From: Chrysomallon squamiferum
Lineage: Eukaryota; Animalia; Mollusca
Direction: 5' to 3'
NCBI GenBank assembly: GCA_012295275.1
Contig: CM022670.1
Span: 40,982,001-41,046,000 of the forward strand
DNA length: 64,000 bases
Under the pieces are notes generated by a model. The model was not told the DNA's origin, did not search any database, and was given only the letters and a program-made list of their open reading frames with translations. Shown piece after piece: positions 54,033-64,000 of the stretch. Position 1 is the stretch's first letter. Each line of letters begins with the position of its first letter. A program made the translations under genes and the position numbers.

Positions 54033-56907
54033 CTAGGTGCTTCTTGGGATTGGTTTAAAGAAAAACATATTAGACAAAATAACTTATTAATTAACTGGAT
54101 TTAATAATTTAGAAAAATGGATTGTATATTATATAGTGATGTAATTTGGTTGTTTTGTAAACACTTGTTTACTGATGTTTGCTAATCACACACAAAGAGT
54201 AAGAGAGATAAAATTATTTACTTATGATTGAAAAGTATCTCAAATTTAATAAGTGTAAGAGATAACCAACTCTCATTAAAACCTCATTTCTTTAAATCAC
54301 TGGCACTCCACTGTGCTACACTGTTCATGGGAAGGTTCACATAAAAAATATTCTTGTTGCTAATCAAGAAAGAGCACCAATTTGTGTGATGGCTGAAAGT
54401 TTTCTCTCATTTATCCGTAACCACAGATTAAACTTAAATTACTATATTATTATTAACTTACCTGTGAACATGAACAGAGTCTCATCAGTCATGTGTTACC
54501 TGTACAGGTGGATGTAGGACTAAAATCACCAGTTTCATCCATTATGTCGCCTCCAGCATCTCTGTTGTCACCCAGTGGCTCATTCGCATCCGAGTTTCTC
54601 AAATTTGTTGCGGTATTTGAAAAATTTCATCAACCTGCTTACACCTCCACCATGTCTGCTTTTTATTAGCTTTCAGTGTCATCTTAGTTCTGTTGTGTTT
54701 TTTATTAGCTTTCAGTGTCATCTTAGTTCTCTTGTGTTTTTTATTAGCTTTCAGTGTCATTTTTGTTTGTGTCTGCTTTTTGTTAGCTTTCAGTGTCATC
54801 TTTGTTCTGTTGTGTTTTTTATTAGCTTTCAGTGTCATCTTAGTTCTCTTGTGTTTTTTATTAGCTTTCAGTGTCATCTTTGTTTTGTTGTGTTTTTTGT
54901 TAGCTTTCAGTGTCATCTTTGTTTTGTTGTGTTTTATTTAGTATTTGTGTCCAGCCTTGGTTTAGTTTGCTTTTTATTAGCTTTCAGTGTCTTTCACACA
55001 TTCAGCTTTTTAGTATTTGTGTTCAGCCTTGTTGTGTTTTTTATTAGCTTTCAGTGTCATCTTTGTTTTGTTGTGTTTTTTATTAGCTTTCAGTGTCTTT
55101 TAAACATCTTTGTTTTGTTGTGTTTTTTTAGTTTTTGTGTCCACCCTTGGTTTATTTTGCTTTTTGTTAGCTTTCAGTGTCATCTTAGTTTTGTTGTGTT
55201 TTTTAGTTTTTGTGTTTTTTAGTTCATAACTGCTTATTTCTGCTTTGATGCACTTTGTAGCTGCTTAAATGTAATCTTGTGGATAGAACAAACATTTAGA
55301 TGTGTATGTGTTCATGAGAGAGTGAGTTAATGAGTGTAAGACATGCATGTCGCAATATTAAAACATTGACTAATATATTTACATAGAAACTTTAACATTT
55401 CTACAGCTTTTACATAGATAATAGATGCTTTTATATCAATAGATTTATATTTCATTAAACAGTTTATGCATGTGTGTTTCTTTACTGTGTTCATTTCTTC
55501 ACTCTGTTAATATTATTTTTTTATGACTGTTTTACAAATTTAAATTATGTTTTGAATTAATTTAATGTAGCCAAAGGTAATTTTATTATATTTTACTTTT
55601 GTTGCAGCTTGTTCTTAGAAGTAGCACATTTGTACTTACATTTATGTATAACAGTATGTTAAAATATATATACTTCAATATTTTTGGTATTTTTAATTTT
55701 GTTGGATTCATATTAATATCATTCTTTTATTATTATTATTTCAGTTTGGTTTAATTTGTAGTTTTATTTTTGGATGATTATATTAATACTGGTGCTATTT
55801 TTAATTATCTCCTTTTATTTAATTTATACTGTTTGTAAAAGAAAAATCATATAATTTTTTTATAAACATAATCTTATTAATTAATGTCACACACACACAC
55901 ATGCAAACTCAGATGTTAAAATATTTTCACACACACACTGTTGTGTATTTTAGACCAAATCGGAGTCACACAGTGCGGAAAAATCACACACTTTGCCACC
56001 ACCAACTACTCCTGTGGTGACAGAAACATTTAAACGTGATGACAGCATCAGCAGACTCAGCGAGGAATCCAGTTCCCCATCTCACATGTCACAGTCAACC
56101 TCAGGTGAGACATTTTTAATAAAATGTTTAATTTTCAGTGACTTTTACTGTTAAACTGATGTAGAATCCTGTAAGATTATAAAGATTCTTGTTATGTTTC
56201 TTAAAACAGTAAGGGTGTTATTTATCTTGTAATCTGAATGTTACTGGCTAACAAAACTGTAAAATTATCTCACGTGAATTATAATGGATGTAAGTAAAAG
56301 TATAGAACAAATTGCAAATTATAATTTCAGTACCACATTAAATCCAAAGAACCACAGGACAATACAAGTTAATAAATAAATAATGCATACAGTTGTGATA
56401 TAATTTTTTTAATTAAAACGTGATATATAACTCAATAAAAAAAAAAATTAAATTGCTTTGTTGTTGTGGTTGTTGTTGGGTATTTTGTTATTTTTTTTAA
56501 GGTTTATTTCTTTTAATTTTATTAAAAAAAAAAATTAAAAAAAATAAAAACTTCTTTGAATCAGATATTAAATTTGAAATTTATTTGTTATTTCAGATGT
56601 GCCAAGTACCCCAACCACTACTACAATATCATTCCCCATCTTACCAGCCCTGCCCCTGGACCTGTCTGCCAAAGTGGGAGAGTCTCACAGCAAATCACAC
56701 AAGATGAAGAAGAAGAAGAAAAAGAACAAAAAACACAAACACAAACACAAACATGACAAAGAGAGGAAGGAACGAAAAGACGGAGACGAAAAGAAAGAGA
56801 AAAAAGACAGTTCAAAACACGACAGAGAGAAGGAGAGCATCATACCAAGTACTTTTACCTCTCCTCACCTCAGTCCTCCGAGCTCTCCTGAATTTGAAGT
56901 TATGTGA
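37242..56907 (+). CDS. TAF2: Transcription initiation factor TFIID subunit 2 (32 coding exons, ~1282 aa after correcting a 1-nt frameshift in exon 13)
   Basis: Exons: 37242-37305, 37729-37781, 37944-38016, 38697-38787, 39449-39567, 39975-40116, 40495-40689, 41136-41238, 41959-42077, 42418-42531, 43184-43283, 43836-44033, 44316-44409, 44701-44762, 45102-45216, 45552-45661, 45932-45997, 46892-47024, 47729-47848, 48368-48508, 48725-48835, 49005-49090, 49460-49576, 49879-50018, 51084-51153, 51535-51639, 52243-52342, 52964-53035, 53511-53780, 54508-54612, 55954-56104, 56597-56907. Diagnostic peptides: [118 protein letters not shown], and the C-terminal [16 protein letters not shown]. An alternative in-frame ATG lies at 37233. 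Confidence 0.96.
38017..38696 (+). other. U12-type (minor spliceosome) GT-AG intron, TAF2 intron 3
   Basis: 5' end GTATCCTTT. Branch-like TTCTTAGC ends ~8 nt before the terminal GGTCAG, with no long pyrimidine tract in between. Splicing restores KQC-R-IYRV. Confidence 0.85.
41201..41620 (+). repeat. 95-bp tandem duplication of the TAF2 exon 8 3' end plus donor
   Basis: CCTCCATCTTGAAACACACAACTAGCTACTTGCATGAG|GTACCTG at 41201 and 41296, a near-perfect copy at 41391, then two decayed copies. Confidence 0.93.
42511..42830 (+). repeat. Tandem repeat of the TAF2 exon 10 3' end plus donor, 5 copies
   Basis: TTTTATTACAATGCAATATTG|GTATT recurs every ~60-80 bp. Confidence 0.88.
44763..45101 (+). other. 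U12-type (minor spliceosome) GT-AG intron, TAF2 intron 14
   Basis: 5' end GTATCCTTG. Branch GTCTTAAC at 45084-45091, 10 nt before the end of the terminal CAG. Splicing restores DQW-I-YQSG. Confidence 0.9.
46360..46900 (+). repeat. ~30-bp minisatellite containing the TAF2 exon 18 acceptor
   Basis: TTCTGTTCTCAG|TGCTGACTCAG units end at the true TTCTGTTCTCAG|CGCTGACTCG. Confidence 0.93.
47041..47555. repeat. Long degenerate (CA)n microsatellite in TAF2 intron 18
   Basis: Direct. Confidence 0.95.
50006..50838 (+). repeat. ~76-bp minisatellite containing the TAF2 exon 24 donor, ~12 copies
   Basis: GACT(T/G)CATTAAAT|GTTAGTC...AAACACTGATATCAAATAACAAAAC repeated. Confidence 0.95.
54300..54425 (+). 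mobile_element. Possible degenerate dispersed (SINE-like) repeat remnant
   Basis: GTTCACATAAAAAATATTCTTGTTGCT resembles GTGCACATAAAAAGATTCCTTGCTGCT at ~45050, and there is a weak reverse-strand relative near 11490-11560. No termini or target-site duplication seen. Confidence 0.25.
54655..55222 (+). repeat. 39-bp minisatellite in TAF2 intron 30
   Basis: TTTTATTAGCTTTCAGTGTCATCTTAGTTCTGTTGTGTT units. It explains the ORFs at 54575-55222, 54599-54916 and 54693-54941. Confidence 0.93.
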
Positions 56908-58065
56908 AATACACGAGTTTTATAACAAGTATCATAACTCTTCTCAAAGACCTTTGTGGAATCTGAAATTACGTGATTCTTTCCTGAGTCACACATCTGA
57001 GTGTGAAGTTAAACTGAAAACAGTTATATTTGAAACAGAAGTGAAAAAACATTGAGGAATCATCTACATTGTGACATGAGAAACAAGGAAAAGATTTCAA
57101 AGTGTTTTTACAGAATGGAAACTGCTACAGAAACATCTTTACACATTACATGTGCATGATTATTAGATTGTTTTACAAAAATTCAGTAATGTAAAGATAT
57201 TTATTTCTTCCTTCATGACACATCGCTTCACAAAGAAAAACAGTCTGGATTAATTGTATTACAGTTGTTTCTTTTATGTATGCAGTCAGGAGGGGACCAG
57301 TATTATTATTTCCATGTTTTCTTTTTAATTATGTGACAAATTTCAACACAGAAAAATTTCATTTTTCATTTATTATTGTGGTCAAAACAAAATTTCAGTG
57401 ACATCAAAAATGGGATCATGCTATTAAAATTTTTTCTTTTTGTTTTTGTTTTTTATCATTTTACTTTCTCTTTTTTTCCTTTTTTTAAATTTAATTTTAT
57501 AATAAAAATTTTTTTTAAAAACTGTATAAATTTCCAAATACAAATGCTTCAAACAATCAAAACAGTCAAAAAGACAAAATATCTGAAGAAAACTGACAAG
57601 CCCAAATTATATTTTATTATCAAAAGATCCAGCTGCAAAGAGATGATGGATTTTATTAATAAAAAATCAATTTATGTGTGTTTAGCAAACTATTTAAAAT
57701 CCATACAAGGAAAACAAAATGGAGATAGAAGGAGAATGCAAAAGTCAGTGATGATCATGTTACAGTTATATAAGGTTCCATGAATAAATTGGAGTGAATT
57801 GAAAAATAAAATTACATTTAAATATTTTTTTCTAATGAAATGTTTGCTTTCTGTCACATCTAACAAATGGTAAGGCAATAAAAATACTTACTGCTACATA
57901 AAAAGGAGGACATATTCAGTTATCTAGATATTGTTCAAACATTCAGTTATCTAGATATTGTTCAAACATTCAGTTGGAAAAAAAGAAATAGTAAAGAGAT
58001 ATTACATAAAATTTGTTTTAATTATATAACACCATTATTTCTTAAAATCGTTTTATTTATTTATT

Positions 58066-58131
<66 letters not shown>

Positions 58132-58175
58132 TTTTTTTTTTTTTTTCATATTTATTTTTTTAGGGGGTTGAATTT

Positions 58176-58216
<41 letters not shown>

Positions 58217-58463
58217 ATAATTGTTTTTGATGAACATTCACCTCTTACAAATTTTCATTGTTTCTTTTACTTTACATTAATTTAGAAAATAAATAGTGCT
58301 TGGTGTTGTCGGGAGGGGGGTATTTTTAAACATTTATTTAAACACATAATTTTGCTGATATGTTTATCATCATCACATCGCGAATTTAGTCGTTTATAAT
58401 TCGGACAGATTCCGCATTGAGTTGACTAAGGGAAATAACTCTGAATTATATTGTCGTACGGAA

Positions 58464-58477
58464 ATGTCCTTAGCAAC
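58464..58477 (+). promoter_or_regulatory. Candidate RFX X-box upstream of CFAP144
   Basis: ATGTCCTTAGCAAC has a strong TAGCAAC half-site ~75 bp upstream of the ATG of a ciliary gene, in a CpG-containing patch. Confidence 0.55.
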
Positions 58478-58549
58478 AAGACGAAGCTTTTATAGGAGTT
58501 GAAATAATCGATATCAGATTTAGAAGCTGCAGATAACAGAAGTTCAACA

Positions 58550-60868
<2,319 letters not shown>

Positions 60869-63800
60869 GACATCATCATTTCACAAAGAGAAAATACTTT
60901 TATTCATTTACTTTATTTTTTTTAATCGATGTTCATTCTGTAAATATTGTATAAACATTTTTAAAAACTGGATCATTGTCTGGGAGTTATTTTAATTTAG
61001 AGATGGTTCTGTGAACAGAATTTACCAGAGAAATAAATATTGGATTTCTTGATACATGTCACACTGATCAGACATTATGAATGTCTGTTGTCCATAGAAA
61101 TAAATTTAAGAAAATAAAAACATAAATTTAATCTAGGGATGCTTCTATGAAGAAGAAAAAAAAAGAAATAAACTATTGAAGATTAATATATCTTTTTATA
61201 TATGATAGCTTATTTTTATTTATTTTATATATATATATATGAAAAAACCTTCTAGAAGTATAAATTAATGGACATTACAATAAAATAGTTTCTGAAGGTA
61301 CTATTAAAGTGCAATCACAGTGTTTTGTGTCTGTTGTTCATCCTTCAAGCAGTTGTAGTAGCTTTTAAACCAGTAATTTCAAGAGAAGTTAAAATGTTCT
61401 TTGAACATTGTACATGATTTCATTCATTCCTGATTTAGTTTGCCCAGCAAAAAACATAAAAATGAAGTTGTAGTTTCGTTAAAGAAACACATGAACAAAA
61501 TCTCACTGGCATGCTAAATTTGTTTTACAGGAAGATTGTCCAGAGATTTAAACATTTTCTGGGTACAAAATAAAACCACTGAAAAAGATAAAATGTCAGC
61601 CTGTCTTGTTCAATTACTAACATTTTTTATTAGCAGCAAAAGCTGGTTGCCAGAAAGTAGAAAATGACAGATGTAGAAAATTATTAAGGCAATGTTCATA
61701 TCACTAAAGATATATTTTTACCTAATAGAAGACATACAGTGAGTATCAGCTGTAAACAGATAGTAATTAATTTACATTCAAATAAAACAAAAACATCAAA
61801 CTGATTTTAAATTTATTAAACATCTGGAAAGCTTTTTTACTTTGTCACAAACAGGAAAAGTAACATTTGATTGCTTCAGTTGAAATGAAAACAAAATGAT
61901 TATTCATATGCAAAATATGTAACCATTAACAGTCATGAATAAAAGTGATAAAATTCAGAAAATGTTTTTAAAAAAAGAACATATTTTACGAATATTTTAA
62001 AAACCTTTGCAATCAAAATACTTTTCTATTTTCAGTACAATATTATATGTTCTGAAAACAGAAGTATTTTAATTAATTATTAACTAAATAGTTTCAGTTT
62101 ATTATGATTTATTTATGCTTTAATTATTTCTTCTTTAAAAAATATAAATTCATAAAAATAATAATGTAAAAGGTTAATGGAATGTAAAACTAATCTATAT
62201 TTCACAGACTCCCCACAAATAAAATGATTCATTGCACAAATAATTTTAGAATTAAAAAACAATTCCTCTATTAATACAATATGTGGCAAGAATATAACCA
62301 AGGCACCTCATCTAGATATGTAATACTTTAATAATAAAATAACCCTCGTCTAGATATGTAATTCTTTAATAATAAAATAACTCTCTCCACATTTAGACTA
62401 AATGGATGTTAGTCTATATATTTTTTTTAAAACTAAGAAAAACTAGGTAACAATAAAATAGAAATTGGGGTATCCAGTAACATAACATTCTATAAAACTC
62501 TGAGTAAATTTGAATATGCGGGTGTGAAAGGTTTCATGGCAAAAACAATAAATGCTAAATCTCAAAATCTGTCAATTCATGAACCAAGTGTCAGTCTAGT
62601 TTTCTAAATAAATAATTTTAAAAATAAATAAATATATATATATATGTGTTTTTTTTTTTTTTTTTTAATATACTCATGACATTTCCCATTAACAAAATAT
62701 GATGTTTCACAGTATAGTAATCATCATAAGATCAAACACAAAGTTGTTACTGGAATGTTTAAGATATATTTATTAATTTTGACCTGAAGCCCTTCACACA
62801 TTTTTATATAATCAAAGGAATCTGCATAATTCAGGTGTAACACTGTATTTAAATAGTGAAAACAATAATTACTTTTTAAAAACCAACCTACCAGCAATAT
62901 AAAAAAAATTAAAAAAAAAGTAAACCCAACAAAATTATGATTTACATAATTCAACATGATGATGAAATGCAAGTTAACACACACACAAAGTGTAAATAGC
63001 TTAACAAGATTTAAAAAATACAACACAAAAAACCAACTGCAGTGAAATTAATAAATATTTTTCAAACGATATGAAAACGTGTCACTGGGAAAATTTAAAT
63101 TTGCAAAAACATTATCCATGCATGTTCAAAACACATACATTTTTACATCCTATTTACATTCTAAAGAAATAAATAAATTATAATTTGAATGGAACATCAT
63201 AAACACAGCAAAACACCAACAATAAAATGCAATTAAAAAACAAAACTAAATGAGTATTATTATATCTACTGTGCTTGAAAATTATCTGATCATTATGGAA
63301 AACAATCTTTGTTTTGAAATTTTGGCTCTTTAATCATCTTTAATTTTGATTATTATGAATTGTACTGAGGTCTCATTTTATTGAATACAATCTGCACATG
63401 CTATCTTCTCCTGGGCTACCTGAGAACCATTATGCCATTTATTTTCTCTAACCTCCAATTCATTAAAACTCTCCTGGGCAAACCATCCAAGTTCTGAATT
63501 TACATGAATATTCAACATCATAATTTACTATCTAGAGCCTGATATAAAAGCATCATTATTGTAAATGTTTTAAATCACAGTCTGAAAATACAAAGGCAAA
63601 AAGAGATAAAACAGTATGAAAAACAATCTTGCTTTTGATTTATTTAGAATGTCGAAAACATTATGATGACTCAATTTTTAGAAGTTCTTTATCCTAAGAA
63701 AACAGAGAGGAAAATAATATTCCTGCTGATTTTGTGAGAATATTTTTCAAACATCATGTAGCTGAATTTTTGTAAGGTTTTTGTATCACCTTTATCATGA

Positions 63801-64000
63801 GAAAACATGAATTAATTACTATGCACTGTAATACCACTCCTGTTCCTACACAGTGGAGTCAGTGGAGAGGTAAAAGACCAGTTATACTCTTACATTTCTT
63901 TAACAAATCCTCAAACGCTGTTTCTAGTTACATAAACCCAGTCTGTGATATATCTTCACACATTTCACAGTAAACAGAGATACAATAAAAACAACAGAAA

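Noticed and set aside
54575-55222. 215-aa hydrophobic, membrane-protein-like ORF
   Set aside because: Translation of the 39-bp minisatellite.
37242-56907. TAF2 as a pseudogene, or as an active M1 aminopeptidase
   Set aside because: A single lesion among 32 otherwise intact exons argues against decay. The HEXXH site is replaced ([11 protein letters not shown]), as expected for the inactive aminopeptidase fold of TAF2.
60900-64000. Further gene at the right end
   Set aside because: No coding exon recognisable. It may be UTR or intergenic sequence.

Overview
AT-rich, intron-rich animal genomic DNA, probably an invertebrate. A mollusc is my impression only. I reconstructed three spliced genes by hand with consistent GT-AG boundaries and phases: (1) ARFGAP1 on the minus strand (36891 to 8567, ~520 aa), with two homologous 60-nt exons and a 16.6-kb intron; (2) TAF2 on the plus strand (37242-56907, 32 coding exons, ~1282 aa), head-to-head with ARFGAP1 (start codons ~350 bp apart); (3) the ciliary gene FAM183/CFAP144 on the plus strand (58550-60868, 4 exons, 132 aa). 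Notable points: TAF2 has two U12-type introns, an apparent 1-nt frameshift in exon 13, and a TISU/YY1-headed uORF whose stop overlaps an in-frame ATG (TAATG). About ten introns carry tandem repeats directly against an exon edge, and most of these copy the splice site itself, making arrays of decoy splice sites. Most entries in the ORF track are microsatellite or minisatellite artefacts.
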